Program-made: the position numbers and the translations under genes
Origin: Octopus vulgaris
Lineage: Eukaryota
Length of the DNA: 64,000 bases
Direction of reading: 5' to 3'
NCBI GenBank assembly: GCA_951406725.2
Contig: OX597818.1
Coordinates: forward strand, 5,394,001 to 5,458,000
The notes under the pieces: generated by a model
What the model was told of the DNA's origin: nothing
Database searches by the model: none
Seen by the model: the letters and a program-made list of their open reading frames with translations, nothing else
Shown: piece after piece, positions 26,360-41,008 of the stretch
How positions within the stretch are numbered: position 1 is the stretch's first letter
Layout of the letters: each line of letters opens with the position of its first letter

Positions 26360-28538
26360 GACTTTTGCTTTGTATTTGTACAAGTTAGCTCCAAGTTTCA
26401 CCCAGAGACGTCAAGTGACAAGTTAGAATTTCATGTTGCTGTTATGCTTGAAATGTCATATATTTGGTTTTGCAAATAGTATTGTTTTAGAGAATGTTTA
26501 AGAAACATCAGAAAATTATGAGTTTGTATAAAAATTTGAGATTACATAGAGAGTGTTTTACGTACGATATAGGCAGTTATTTTGAACTTCCGACATTTTG
26601 GGGTTTCCTGGTATCTGAACTAGGTAGGAATCATCCTCTTTTGCTATGATTTCTAGGGCACCTTTGTAAACAGGTATTGCTTTCATCTTGATCTTCTATA
26701 TTTCCATATTTTGCCAATTTCTATTTCAAGATCTTTATATATGCTTAGTTTTGGTAGGTCTTGACAGAGACATTTAGGTCGATTGGGATAGTATTGTTAA
26801 GTAAAATGCATGATTTTTGTCTGAAGTCTTTCAATATAATATCTGGCCTATTCGCTTCTATCTTTCTGTCAGTTTGATTGGTGGAGTTCCAAAGTAGTGG
26901 GATGTGACCATATTCAAGCACTAGAGATGGATTATGTTCCCCCAATTTTTATCATGGGGCAGGTCCCTGGTTTTGCAAATTACCCACTGAAGACATTGTG
27001 CTGCTCTTTTATGCCTGTGGAGATACTCTGTAGGCGCAAGAAGACTCCGCACGGAGAAACCATGATCAATGATTTCATATTGTTCTTTACATACACGACA
27101 TGTTGGGCTACTGGCGTTGTTTAATATGTTGGCCTGCTACAGTCTTGTAGGTAGGCCTTGATTTTGAGCTGCTATGATAAACCTTTCTGTTTCTGATTTT
27201 AAGCCTGAAGACACTAACCATTGATGGGCAAGGTCTTTGTTAACATCGGCACTATTTTCATCTGCATTAGTATTAATTGTTGGTTCAGAGATTTTTTCAC
27301 TTTGCTTATCACTTTGCTTATAACCCTACCAATCATTATTGCATTTTCATCAGACCTGGTTGATCTATAACTATTTCCTCTGTAGTTTCTTCTTTCTTCC
27401 TTTTATCCATTACTGATTGTTTAATTTGGTCAATCTCTAATTCAGTTAGTAATTTCTCTTTCATGATGTTTCTTCTAAAGTTGGCAAGTTTGTTACTATC
27501 TATGTAAATTCTTACTTCAAGGTGTATCTGTCTTCAGTTTAAGTAGGCTTGTACAGTATTAGATTTCTTTGTGGAGAAATACATGGCATGATAGAGGACC
27601 TAAGAACGTATTTATTTTATCCCCTAGACCATTTTCATCCTTTTTCTTTTGGCTATTTGATGACGAGCATGGATGACTATCTGTTGGAATATTTCGGTTG
27701 TGGGGTATTTCTAGCTCCTGTGTTTCGGGAATATTTGAACCAGCTGTTGATTTTTCTCATAGAATCTGATTCGTTGTTCGAGTACGTGGTCCTTCGTGTT
27801 CCGGGTGACGGCCGATTTGGCTTGTATTTTGCATTGTTGTCATTGAAGCATGACGTGCTTGGACGTTGACATTAGGAGATGGATTTGTCTGTTTAAGGCT
27901 AATTTTTTGAGACAACACCCCCTCCGAGTTTTATGCATGAAAACATTGCTCGTAACGTATCTTCTTAAGGCTAGCAGATCAGTATTCGTCTGTAGATTTT
28001 TGTTGATATATTTATCTCCAGGAATAGTATTTATGGTGTTTTTAAACTTATGATTTCTTGTCTCTCTCTGTGTTAGCTCGAAAAAAAAAATGTTGTTGTT
28101 GTTTTTGCTTCGTTTGTGACGCGTGCATGGATGTGTCTCCTGTAAATTTCACGTAGTTGTGTAAACATTGGGATGTATGTGTAGTCCTATGGGTTGAAGA
28201 TGTAGATATCATTGTATGGACATTCGTGTGTATGCATTATTATTCAATTTATGTACTTATGTACTCTTCCATTTATATTTTATAATTCGTAAACGTTCCG
28301 ATGTTGATGTCATGGGTGTGTTTCGCACGTTTCACTGAGACATCGTGCATGAGAGAAAATGGGTTTTATATGTCAGAAGAATTTCGTTTTCGTGATTATT
28401 TTCGTTAAAAGGCCGCTTCCTTTAACTTTACAGGTTCTTTTATCCCATTTTAGCGATGTTATTAGATTAGATTTATTTTTGAATGGAGAGCCCGGTGTAG
28501 CACATGTATGTTGTTATTTAGCGCAGAGCTCTCTTCTT

Positions 28539-28540
<2 letters not shown>
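26360..28540 (-). mobile_element. Deleted R4/Dong-type LINE related to the element at 1-3974
   Basis: LLWNSTNQTDRKIEANRPDII (RLE). The 5' part resembles positions 20-600. Bounded by (TTA)n and (TAA)n. Confidence 0.75.
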
Positions 28541-28601
<61 letters not shown>

Positions 28602-28602
28602 G

Positions 28603-28724
<122 letters not shown>

Positions 28725-29135
28725 TGAGTGAGAAAGCAGTGCATGCTACAACCGTAACAGAGATAAAATATACGAAGTCTAATGTATCCGTTATGACAAT
28801 CCGTCTGATAAAGATACACCATGCACATGCATCATAACCTTATGTGCGCGATATGGTGGTCCCATATCAACATTAACAGTGCATGGTATTGCAGGTGGAG
28901 CCCAGTTAAAATTTTCCTCAAGTCGAGTAGCCCATCCCGCTTAAAACGCCATTGAATATGGGTTGTTTAAGGATTCCAGAGGTGAATTATTCAAACCTCA
29001 AAGAATCCCTCTCAACACATAGCTATGATGCTCTCCCACTACTTCTGCTCGTGATCAGAGGTGCACATATCGTCAGCCACTAAGGGACATGCTCAACCAT
29101 TTAAGGTCAAACAGCTGACAAGTAAACCTGTAGTA
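28725..29135 (+). repeat. Interspersed non-coding repeat, inverted homologue of 34600-35157
   Basis: Shared CTACTTCTGCTCGTGATCAGAG and CAGCCACTAAGGGACATGCTCAAC. Both copies abut TAA tracts. Confidence 0.8.
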
Positions 29136-29612
29136 TTTCGTCCGTTGTTAAGTTCTGGGTACTAATTCCGCCGAAGTCGACTTTGCCTTTCATCGTTTCG
29201 GGATCGTTAAAATTGAGTACCCGTTGAGTACTAGGGTCGATGTAATCGACTAGTCCCTTCGCAAAATTTCAAGCCTTGCACCTATAGTAGAAAGGTTAAC
29301 AAAAATAATAATAAGAAGAAGAATGATAATGATGATGATGATGATGATGGTGTTAATAATAATAATAATTATTATTTTTATTATTGCGAAAGTGGTGAGG
29401 TGGTGGAATCGTTAGCACAGCGGGCAATGAATTGCGGTATTTAGTCCGCCGTTATGTTTGACTTAACATGCACAGGTGTCGACTTTACCATTCATCCTTT
29501 CGTGGTCGATAAAATAAGTATCATTTGAGCACTGGGGTCGAAGTATTCGACTGTCCTCCTCCCCCGAAGTTGCTAGGCTAATGTTGCTGGCCGTGTGTCA
29601 AAATTTGAAATC
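29130..29612 (+). mobile_element. Two SINE copies (29130-29295 and 29388-29612)
   Basis: GTCGACTTTRCC.TTCATC.TTTCG.G.TCG.TAAAAT.AGTA core. Confidence 0.75.
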
Positions 29613-31694
29613 TTTATTATTATTGCTGACGTCGTTGCTGCTGCTGCTGTTGTTGTTGATGTTATTTTCTCCTCGTCCATCGTATTATATGCTACTGCCT
29701 ATACGGGAAAATTTCCATTTTCCAATCTCTTTGCAATGTCGTTCATTATTGCAGTTTATCATTAGACATTAACATTATCTTGCCATTTTTTAAATTTCTT
29801 TTTCCGCAGCAAACAATATTTTAACTATATAACATTGCTGTTTCCTCTTTAATTATACTATTCGTTTTCTTTTTTGTTCTTAATCTTTTCTTCCAATATC
29901 CATCAGTTTTGAATGAGATTTACTCGTTATCTTCATCGTATGTATCTCATGTCCAATTCTCATGCTGTGTTTGTATACATATATTCCCTTTGGCCTTCAT
30001 TTATTTGCATTTATCGAGAATTTTCTGCTTTCATTTTCTTCTGTTAATCTCAGTTTTCCATGTTTTTTTTATTGTTATTGTAATTCTTGCTGCTGTTATT
30101 TGGAACAATCTCGTTTCCGGTCATGTTTTGCGTTGTGTGGAATTTTTGTTTTTACAATAGGTCAGCCAAACAAAAGTTATACGCTGAGAAGTTTCAAAAA
30201 TCACTTCTTATCTATTGGACATATTTATTGTTCATTTTGTATATAGTTGTATTTTGTAATTGCTTTTGCAAACCTATTTACTATTATTCTTTGAGTCTTG
30301 ATACGTATTTAGCGCTAGTTTTATTCATGTTTTTTCTACCCACTTTAAGGCAAACAAAAGAAATTAACAGTCTGAGTGAAATGATATCATCAACGTCGTT
30401 GTCCCTATTATCATTATGATCATCTAAATAACAATAATAAAAATAGTAATAGTGATAATAATAGTAATATTATTAGTATTACTAATGATGGTAGTAGCAG
30501 CTGTAGCAATGTAGTAATAAACCACACCGTGTGATCATTTATCGCCATCATCATCAACAATCGTCATCTTGAACATAACTGCCGCAACACTACTATTATC
30601 ACTGCATGTACATTATCACTACGATTAGCATGCTTTCTTGCTATGATCTTTATCACTTGCAATGGCAATATTAGTTTTAACGAGATCAGATACTGAAGTT
30701 TTGGGAACAACAACTACTTCAGTATTAGCGGCAGAATGATTGCAAAAAGAATGACAATAGATATTTTCATATCTGATTATGTATTCTTTCTTTTGGTTAT
30801 AAGAGCAAAACATTGGATTCGGTAACTATGTGTATGTTCTCAATTAATTGAATGATGTGCGTTCAAACATCACTCTAGTTATTATTCTCTTTATGTTGAG
30901 AACATTGAAACATAGATACAATAAGAATAAGACTTTGTTTAGAAAGCAAACTGTTCAGTTAAGGACCAAAGAAAAGTGTACTTATGGAATAAGCTAATAT
31001 ATAGAATTGCATGTGGGATTTGCCAGATGTGCTAAAATTATTGCCTGGCTGAAAATTGTGAATATTACAATAGATGAAGAGACTGAAATTATCGAAGTAG
31101 AACATATATTTAAAATTTTATGAAACTGCTGAGACAATGTGGAAAATTACAGAAAATTTGGAAAAGTGTAATCATCTGAGAATAAGTGTATAGCCGGACT
31201 GTTATTAAACATTAATCTAGAAATAAGACTCTATATTATAATATTAACTGTGTTCCTTTGCTTATTCATCGATTCTTATTCGTCAAACCCCCAGATGAGC
31301 GTAGTTCGCAAATAATTTATTCCGGTGAGAATATGATACATATAACAACACCACCCTGCTCCGTGTTACTGAAACTAATCAATTACAACAGTTTTCATGC
31401 ATAAGGAGGTTTTGGTTAAGAAACACTTCACTGAATTATTACATTAATATTGGAGAAAATTTATCGTTAAAGATCTCTCTTGGTATTCATTGAATGTGGC
31501 AGATATTAACATACAGGCACATATTTACAAATGTGTAAGGTTTTACGTGGTTATTCGACCTGGTAGAATTTGCAGCTAAATTTCTATCCTGAAGAAAGAC
31601 ATATCGCAATGATGCAAACAAAAGCTTCATTATATAATGTACAAGTATTATGTATTTTAGATATATACATATTTAAAATAAAGACTATAATATC

Positions 31695-31851
31695 AGGCGT
31701 GGCTGTATAGTAAGAAGCATACTTTCCAACAACATGGTTCCGGGTTTAGTCCCACTGTGTGGCACCTTGGGCAAATATCTTCAACTATAGACTCGAGTCG
31801 ACCAAGGCCTTGCGAGTGGATTTGGTTAACAGAAACTGAAAGAAGTCCATC

Positions 31852-31948
<97 letters not shown>

Positions 31949-32290
31949 AGATGTACTTGCATAGCAAGTGACCTGATCTGAGATCATGTCCTGGAACGAA
32001 AACAATTGCAGCGTGGGAGGTGTTTACAAGCCATTTAAGAAGCACACATATATGTATATATATGTATGTGTGTGTGTGTGTCTTTGTGTCTGTGTTCGTC
32101 CTTCATCACTGCTTGACAACCAGTGTTGGCGTGTTTGCGTCCCCGTAACCTAAGGGTTCGGCAAAGAGACTGATAAAATAACCCCAGAACTTACAAGTAT
32201 TAAGTTTTGGGGTCGATCTGTTCGACTAAATCCCTACAAGGCGGTGCTCAAGCATGGTCACAGTCAAATGACTAAGACAAGTAAAAGAGT
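31695..32290 (+). mobile_element. tRNA-derived SINE split by (TA)n and a ~100-bp insert
   Basis: Head 31695-31852 and tail 32065-32290 match the copy at 49068. The insert matches 58755-58800. Confidence 0.8.
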
Positions 32291-32522
32291 AACAGCAAAT
32301 GGAATTTTTGCCATCTATATCTACCAAAAGTGTTTCTTTACTAGCGTTTGCTAATCATAGTTCAAATGTTTAAAACTTATAATAATGCAATTATAAGAAA
32401 ATAATCAATTTTAAAACTTTAGATCAGGTCAAATTTGTTTGTGACTTAGCTTAACTTTTAAAGGCAATTTTACTGTAGTTTACCGAGAGCGTAGAGTAGG
32501 TAGGGGAATTTTACACATTCTA

Positions 32523-33780
32523 TTAGGTTGGCAACTAAGTTCCCGCCGTTTTTTAAAATTTTCCAATTTATTGCGTTTTTAAATTTTTGAATCTATTTTT
32601 TTCGAGAATTTTATTTTTGAAACATTTTGTAATCTATTTTGTTTTGTGTTGTTTTTTTCTAGTTAATTCTAGTTCATTTTTTGCTTATTGCAATTTAAAA
32701 TTGAATGTCAAGTTAAGAAAAACAAGCATTTTCGACACCTCCTCCTTCTTTCTTTTAATCAAAGTTCTAAGTCCGCAAAAGCTGCTCGCGACATATGTGC
32801 TTTGTATGGAGTGGGTGCCATAGCTGAAAGAACTGCTCATGATTGGTATGCCAAGTTCAAAAATGGAAAGTTTGACCTCAAAGACGCACCCGTTCTGGTC
32901 GTCCGGTTGAGGTCGATGAAAAGCAATTAAACCAACTTTTGCACGAAAATTCTCGTCAAACAACAAGGGAACTGGCAGAGAAAATGGAATGCTCCCACAC
33001 TGCTATAGAGAAGCATCTTCACTCGATGGGAAAAGTTCAGAAGTATGGTGCATGGGTTCCGCATTATTTAAGTGATAACAACAAAAATCAACGAGCCACA
33101 ATCTCCGCTAGTTTACTTGCACGTCACCGCTCAACTCATGGACACAAGCAACGATTTATTTGCCGAATCGTTACTGGCGACGAAAATTGGTGCCTGTACA
33201 TCAATATGAAACAGCGTAAGGAATGGCTTAGCCCCGGTAAATAAGCGATACCGCATGTGAAACGAGATATTCATCCGCATAAAACGATATTGTGCGTATG
33301 GTGGGACTGAGAAGAGATTATCCATTACGAATTGCTTGAATGGAACCAAACGATGCACGCGGAACTCTATGTTTAACAGATCGAACGACTCAACACAGCA
33401 ATTCAAGAGAAAAGACCTAATCGTCAGCATGAAGTTCTGCTGCACCACAACGCCCACCCTCATATCGCTAATAAGTACTGCCACACCCGCCGTACTCTCT
33501 TGATTGGGCACCGAGTGATTTCCACCTCTTTCGATAGCTTTCAAATGCCATGCGCGGAGTTTCGTTCAATACTGATGCAGAATTAAAAGCTTGGTTGGAT
33601 CAATTTTTCGAGTCGAAATCGGGTGATTTCTACCAACGAGGTATTGAAAATTTTGTTGAACGTTCGGAAGAAGTTGTAAGCAACTAGGGTGAATACATTG
33701 ATTAATTAGTTGTAATTTCTTATTAAAATTTCAAAATATTTAAATTTAAAAAAACGGCGGGAACTTAGTTACCAACCCAA
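32523..33780 (+). mobile_element. Full-length mariner transposon with inactivated transposase
   Basis: TIRs TTAGGTTGGCAACTAAGTTCCCGCCGTTTTT and AAAAACGGCGGGAACTTAGTTACCAACCCAA, TA flanks, WVPH and IVTGDENW motifs, internal stops. Confidence 0.95.
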
Positions 33781-34516
33781 TACTATATGCGAAAATATTT
33801 TCTCCATAGAAAAGTGCTGTAAAATTGCCTTTAAAAGATATTTGAATTAACCTAAATGTTGTTCAGCTTTTATCAGTGCTCAGCACTGTTACTATTATAA
33901 TTCAATCTTCAGTCCATTGAATTACTTATTAAAAAATTATTTCTAAACAGTTTAAGAAGTTGAAAAATAACAGAAATAAAACGTACAATTGTAACGTACA
34001 ACTATAACGTGTATGGGAAGTCAAGTTATAGAACTTTTTAACTACAGGTTTGCGCCAACATGATGTATTTAATACACGCATGCACACAAAATGCATATAT
34101 ATTGCATATATAATATTTGATATATGTAATATATATTTATTATATCCATGAATATATTAATAACTGCTTTTGATTATCTCAATGTGTATAAGTTTAAATA
34201 TAAGTATGGAAGCTAAATAACTGAGTTGGATAAAATGTTGGATTAAGTGTATTTGAGGAATCAATTCAGGTCACGTTATTCTGATTTCAAAGGATGTGGC
34301 GAGCAAAACTGTTTTAAATTTCTTGGTCCCCCAGTAATTCAATTTCAACTTATAACTATAAGTCTGCACACGTAGTGTCAGTAAACATAAATATATTGAA
34401 ATACGGATTGAAGCAGCGTTTTTCTCATTTCTCTAACGCTAGTTTTGTACAAATTATGTCAGAATAATATGAGATATAGTGTCTACTGAGGCATTAATAA
34501 TAATAATGATAAGGAA

Positions 34517-34597
<81 letters not shown>

Positions 34598-34599
34598 AA

Positions 34600-35155
34600 A
34601 TGCCCTGATGCAGTACCAGGCAGTGGCTCTCATGGCTTCTGATCTTAACTGATTGGGAGTGATATCATGTACATTGTTTTGTCTTGATATAAAAGATGGG
34701 CTACAGCAAATATTCTGCTCAATACCACAGATTTGCTTGTCAGTTGTTTGACCTTAACCAGTTGAGCATGTCCCTTAGTGGCTGACGATATGTGCATCTC
34801 TGATCACGAGCAGAAGTAGTGGGGGAGCATCATAGCCATGTGTTGAGAGGGATTCTTTGGGGTTTGAATAATTCACCTCTGGAAACATGGGTGGTTCTTT
34901 CAACATCCTTAAACAACCCTTATTCAGGGACCTTTTGAGCGGGATGGGCTACTCAAGCTGAAGAAAATTCTAACTGGGCCCCACCTACAAGGTCATGTGC
35001 TGTTTATCTTGATATGAGATCACCATGTCGCGCACATATGGTTGTGATGCATGTGCCTGGTGTACCCTTATCAGACGTGTAGTCATGATGGGTATATTGG
35101 GCTTCGTATATTTTACCTCAGTGTCGCTTTGATGGCATGAACTGCTCTTTCACTC

Positions 35156-35157
<2 letters not shown>
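34600..35157 (-). repeat. Interspersed non-coding repeat within (TAA)n
   Basis: Reverse complement of the 28725-29135 family. Confidence 0.8.
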
Positions 35158-35214
<57 letters not shown>

Positions 35215-35218
<4 letters not shown>

Positions 35219-36300
35219 TACCACGACCAGAAAATTTTGACAGTACATGGATCCTTCCCCAAAAAGGTTACATCGATAGGCTGTACTTGTCCAGAAGAAA
35301 GTGTTCGAGCGGTTTGATCAGTTGCGAGGACTTTATCGAAGCAGAGGAAAACAGCTTAGTGTGGTATATAAAAAATGCTGTAGAGCCACCGTTGAGACAG
35401 ACGAAAGCCAGCGTCATCAAAACTGAAAATTGTGTAACGAAAGAAAAAAATTAAACACGAAATGAACAAAAAAAGGAAAAAGTATGGAAGGAAAAGAAAA
35501 TGTACAATGAGTTTGCAAGAGATGTGAACGCAAAGACGGATACAGAGGACCGGCGGCTATGGATGAGGTGGAGTGACTTGAAGATAGAGACAGAAGCACT
35601 CATAAGCGTAGCTCAGGAACAAGCGTTAAGGACCACCTACGTGAAGTGTAGAATTGACAACATTACCTATAGCGATAAATGCAGAATGTGTAGTGAGAGA
35701 GGTGAAACGGTATGGCACATCGTTAGTGAATGCCCGAAATTGGCATAACGCGAATACAAAAGACGCCACGACAATGTGGCAAAAATGATCCATTAGGAAT
35801 TCAGAGGAAATCACGGCCTACAAAGAGCAAAGCATGGTATGAACAAACTCCAGAACGAGTCGCCGAAAAGGACAATTGCAAGATCCTGTGGGATGCAATG
35901 ATCCAGTGCGATCAGCCGACCTGACATCGGAAACCGATGAATAAATAATGAACATGAATGTTTATCGACATAGCATGCCCCGATGACAACAGGAGGATCA
36001 ATGTAAAAGAAGAAAACATAAACAATTATGATGATTTCAAGTGGGAAATACGAAGCTTGTAATTAATGAAGAGAGTAGGCGTGATATCAATAGTAATAGG
36101 TACATTTGGAAGTATTAGCACTCAACTACCAACATGGCTAAATAAGACAGGTGCAAGTGTGAAGGTTGAACACTTACACGAATCAGTATTGCTTGGAACT
36201 TCGCAAGGTTCTTGAAGCATGGCCAGTAAACAAGGGCCACCTTAGTCTGCTGGCTGTGAATAGCTGACACTTTCCATTATACTCAGGAAAATAAGGTGAG
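35215..36300 (+). mobile_element. R4/Dong-type LINE 3' portion
   Basis: ETEALISVAQEQAL, CRMCSERGETVWHIVSECPKLA, KILWDAMIQCD. Confidence 0.85.
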
Positions 36301-36319
36301 ATTTCATATAATACGGCGA

Positions 36320-39300
36320 CGGCGGACTTTTATGGTGTGTACGATAATTTATTTGGCTTCTTCTTGACCGCTTCTTTTCCTCTTTCCGTGTTTGTACCTC
36401 TGGTGGCTAAGGATGCCAATTCTTTCATGCAAACGTCTATTGCAATATTCACAAAGAAAACGGAGGCGGCAACAACCAAAGCCTCCACCACGTATTCGTG
36501 GTGGAGACTTGGTAGTTGCCGCCTCCGTTTTCTTTATTGTCGTTTCTCTTCTTTCCTCTGTCGTTCAGCTTCAAAAAACGAGTTGTCACACTAGAGATGG
36601 AATGATGTCAGCCGGGCCTGTCCTGAGCTTCAATATCTCAGACTTTGGGATCGATTCCAGTTAGTTTTAGGCTTTGCTTCAGCTGGTCCTTGTATCGATG
36701 GAGAGGACAGCCACGGAGTCTTCTTCCGGTAGAAAGTTCACCATATTAAATTTGATGAGGCAACCTAGTCTCTTTCACTCTTGCTACGCGGTCCGCCCAC
36801 CTCAACGATGTTTCAGGACGGTGGTCTCGTTACTGCTGCTTTTCCTTCTCTCCAGAACGAAGATATCGGTCACATAGTCATTCCATTTGATATTTATAAT
36901 AGAGCAGAGCTTGCTGGTGAAATCGCTCTAGGTTTTGACGTCACTTCAGTAAAGAGTCCAGGTTTCACAACCGTAGAGGAGAGCGGAGATCACGACTGCT
37001 TAGTATATGCAGAATTTTGTTTGGTGGTTCAGATCATTGTTCTTAAAGACCCTTCTCGTGAGTCCACCAAACTCGATGTAAGTCGCTCTTAATCTCTACG
37101 TCATTTCTTGATGTGCACTTGTTCGAAAGCACACTTCCTAAGTATGAAAAGTGGTTGACTTTGTTTAGTGGCGTCTCCGAGACGGTAATGTTGAGGTTTG
37201 CACTTTCCTGACCTAAAACTAGTTGTGCCAGAATTTTTGTCTTTTTGATGTTGACCTTTTGGTCAAATCGAGTGTAAGTATAGGTGAAGTTATTCACCTA
37301 TTGTTGAAGCTGTTCACGAATGTAGCAGACCTCTGCGTTGTCATCAGCATACTGAATTTCAGTGATCTGTTGCTTCTTGTGACTTCAACCTGGCAAGGTT
37401 GGAACGCCCTCGTCATATCGGTACCGAATGTTGACTCCTGATTGTCAAAGCAGCTCATGAAACTTTGCTGAAAAGCACAGGGAGAAGGGCGTCGGGGCCA
37501 AATCGCATCCTTGTTCTAGATCTTCCAGCGATGAGTAAGTCTTCCAACAGTTGGTTTTGATGGAAGATGGTTCCAGTCATACCGTCATGTAATCCTTGTA
37601 CTAGGGAAATGAACTGATAGTGGAAGTCGAAGCGTCGCAGGACCATCCACATTGCAGGCCTTGGGACAGTAGCAAAGGCATTTTCGAGGTCGTAGAAAAC
37701 AAAATAGAGAGGTTTTTATTGTTCTCTACTCTTTTCTGGTATTCGCGAGCACAAAAGATTGTCAGTTGTCCTATTGTATAGTTGAAATCCACATTGTGAT
37801 TCGGGGAGGATTTTTTTTGCGATGTCTTGGAGACGATCGAGAAGGAGCCTTTCAAAGATTTTCCCTGCGGTGGTGAGCATTGTGATGTTATGATAGCTCC
37901 TACGAATCTTTCTATCTCTTTTTTAAAGATGGTGATGATAACAGCATCTTTGAGGTCTTTGGGAACTTGGCGGTTCTTCCACATTTCGAGAATGAATGCG
38001 AACCGACTCGTGTTTAATAGTAGTCCACCATGTTTATAAGTTTCACTGGGATGTTGTCTGGGCCAGGGGACTTCTGCTGCTTCATGCACTTGAGGGCGAT
38101 TTGGTACTCTTCATAGGATGGTGGCGTGTTCATCCAATGTCTAGTTGGATGCATGGGTACGTTCTTCAAGAAGTCTTCCGCTGCGTTGGAGTCTTGGTTC
38201 AGAAAATCGAGAAGTGCTCTCTCCAGCGTTGAAGGATATCTTGTGGGTCGATCAGGATGATGTTGGAGTCTATTGAGTGAATAGACCTTGTTGATGATCT
38301 CACGGGATCCGAAAGTTACTTCGTTCCTGCGTAGAAGCGTCTGAGGTCACGGGTGTCAGTATAGTCTTGAAGTTCAACGGCTTTTGTCGCCACCAGTTCT
38401 GCATCTCACTCAGTTTTGTTTGTTATTGTCTTTTGAGGTCTTGATATCTCAACTTCTTGTGCCGTGATCGTCGATCTTGCACATGATAGAGATGCGGCTT
38501 GCTGTTTTGTATCGAACGGCTGGCTGCATTCTTGTTAATTATTATCAAACCAGTCCTGCTGTTTCTTTTTGCTGTACCCGAAGGTATTTTCAGCCACTTC
38601 AGCGATGGCTTTTCGAAGTGTTCTCCATTCCTTATCCATATCCTGGTTGTCAGATGGAATGAATTGAAGGTGTTTGAGAATGGAAGATGCATAAAGAGAG
38701 CTGATCTCTGGGTTGTTAAGCTTCGATATGTCAAATTTTCTTCTGACTGGTTTTGTTTTCCAAGTCTTTGGTTTGTTATTAACTATTATTCGAAGTGGGT
38801 GATGACTGGACAATGGTCTGTACTGTAAGCGTCAATGTTGTTATCCATTCGCGTGATGAGGACGTTTCTTTTGTCTTGTCTGATGATGGAGTAGTCCAGA
38901 AGGTGCCAGTGTTTCGACCTGGGGGTGCTTCCAGGTGGTCTTCACGTGATTTGGGTCGAAATTGGCTGTTGATGATGATTAATATTATAGTGACTAATAT
39001 AATATTAATATAATTTCTATTGTCCGACAGCTTGAATGGGTGTCCTGTTGGACGCGGCTTACCAACCAGGATTATGTGGTGACATCCGATGTTTAGCACA
39101 TCTTTTCTAGGGCCTTCCCCATTCAGGATGAGCAGCGGTGTTCCCAAATACGCGTGCTTAGTCGCAGATATAGGACCGAGTCCCTGGGTTGTCGCCAGCT
39201 CCCAGGAAGTCGACCATCTTGCATCTGCCGCTAACGAGCAGGTACGGACTAAGTGCTAGTTTGACCAAACCTGCTCCTACCATCCTTACTTCATTGCCGT

Positions 39301-39990
39301 TGGTTTTTGTAGAAAAAAGGGAAAGGAAGAGTTGGATAAAAAAGAAACCAACCAATGGCGTGAGTTTGTTTAGGGTGAAGATCTTTCCATGGGGGTCCCC
39401 ATGCACTATGGTCTAAAATCCTTCGGCCGCTGCCCTACCTAAAGTGACATGCGAATTCCAGGCGACGGGATGCAACAGAATGCGGCGAGCTGGCAGAAAT
39501 GTTAGTACGCCGGGCGAATGCTTAGCAGTATTTCGTCTGCCGTTACGTTGAGTTCAAATTCTGCCGAGGTCGACTTTGCCTTTCATCCTTTTGGGGTCGA
39601 TAAATTAATTACCAGTTACGCACTTGAGTCGATGTAATCGACTTAATCCATTTGTTTGTCCTTGTTTCTCCCCTGTATGTTTAGCCCCTTGTGGGTAATA
39701 AAGAAATAAAAATGCCACCAACTCCCATTTCATTAGAGTTGCGCCTTTCTAGCCAGTCCGTCTGGTATCGCTCTCTTCTGCTAGGATCAGTGCTTTAGTT
39801 CGGAGATCTAGCTTCCTGCGCTTGATCCACCGTTGGGGGTCTCAGTTTGGTGTGGTAAGGGAGAAGGACAACGCCCCTGTGCCCTTTTTTCAACAGATCT
39901 TGTTTTTCGTTCTCACTGGTGCCCTCAAACCCTCCTTCAAGAGCAAGCTGAACCCAGAGGGGAGTCGGTTTAGTCGCCGACGAACCGACC
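36320..39990 (-). mobile_element. Decayed RTE (BovB-like) LINE including a probable 5' region
   Basis: DWFDNN, KDAVIITIFKK, YADD at about 37340-37351, FSYLGSVLS. Confidence 0.8.
39481..39710 (+). mobile_element. tRNA-derived SINE inserted in the RTE 5' region
   Basis: GCGGCGAGCTGGCAGAAATGTTAG head, GAGTTCAAATT box B and the family core. Confidence 0.85.
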
Positions 39991-40134
39991 ATGTCTGGTA
40001 ATAATAATAATTATAATAATGAGGATGATGATGATGATGATAATGATGATGATAATCAGGACGATAATGAGATGACTATGATCATGATGCCATGACGCAG
40101 TACTAGGTAGTGGCTCTCGTGGCATCTGATATTT

Positions 40135-41008
40135 TATCTTTTACTTGTTTCAGTCATTAGACTGCGGCTATGCGAGGACACTGCCTTGAAAAATTTATTG
40201 TCGAATGTGTCGACCCAAATACATAATTTTTAAAACCTAGTATTTATTCTATCGGTCACTTTTACCGAATCGCTAAGTTACAGGAACGTAAAACACACCA
40301 CCACCGGTTGTGGTTTCCGCATCCATATATATATAAACATATATAAGACGGGGTTCTTATATATGTTTATCATCTATCCACCTGGTCAGATTTGTAGGGA
40401 TAGTTCCCAATGCACCTATAACTACTGGGAAACATTTTATCCGCACTTTCCATAGTCTTTGTAATTCAATGGCTATGTCTTGGTATTTTGCTATATACTT
40501 AGAGGAGTTGCAGTATATTAAGCATAAACTTCCTCTTTTCCAGACGCTTATTCTTGCTACAAATACTCATGTTTGTTTTGTAATGGTTTCTCACCAAACA
40601 CATGAAATTCGCAAAAGAAATGTTAATGCCGTTGTTACTGTTGGAACCATTGTTGTCGTTGTTATTATCCTTATTTGTGTGTTGGTTGACACAGACGTTT
40701 GTTAGTTTTTTTATTATATGGTACATAGTCACAAGATGATGATAACGAAGGCATAGAAAAAACAAAATCTTTCAAATGGTTTTAGGCTATCACATCAACG
40801 GCACATATATATATATTGATATATGCAAGTATAAGCGGCTCGATGGCAGAAACTTTAACACGCCAGGCCAAATGCTTAGCAGTATTTCATCCCTCTTTAC
40901 GTTCTGACTTCGCTGAGGTTGACTTTACCTTTTATCCTTTTCTGGGGTCGATGTAATTTACTTAGCTCCTCCCTCGAACTTACTTGCCTTGTGGCAAACT
41001 TTGAAGTT
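40135..41008. mobile_element. SINE fragments (40135-40310 minus tail; 40843-41008 plus)
   Basis: Similar to the other SINE copies in the window. Confidence 0.65.
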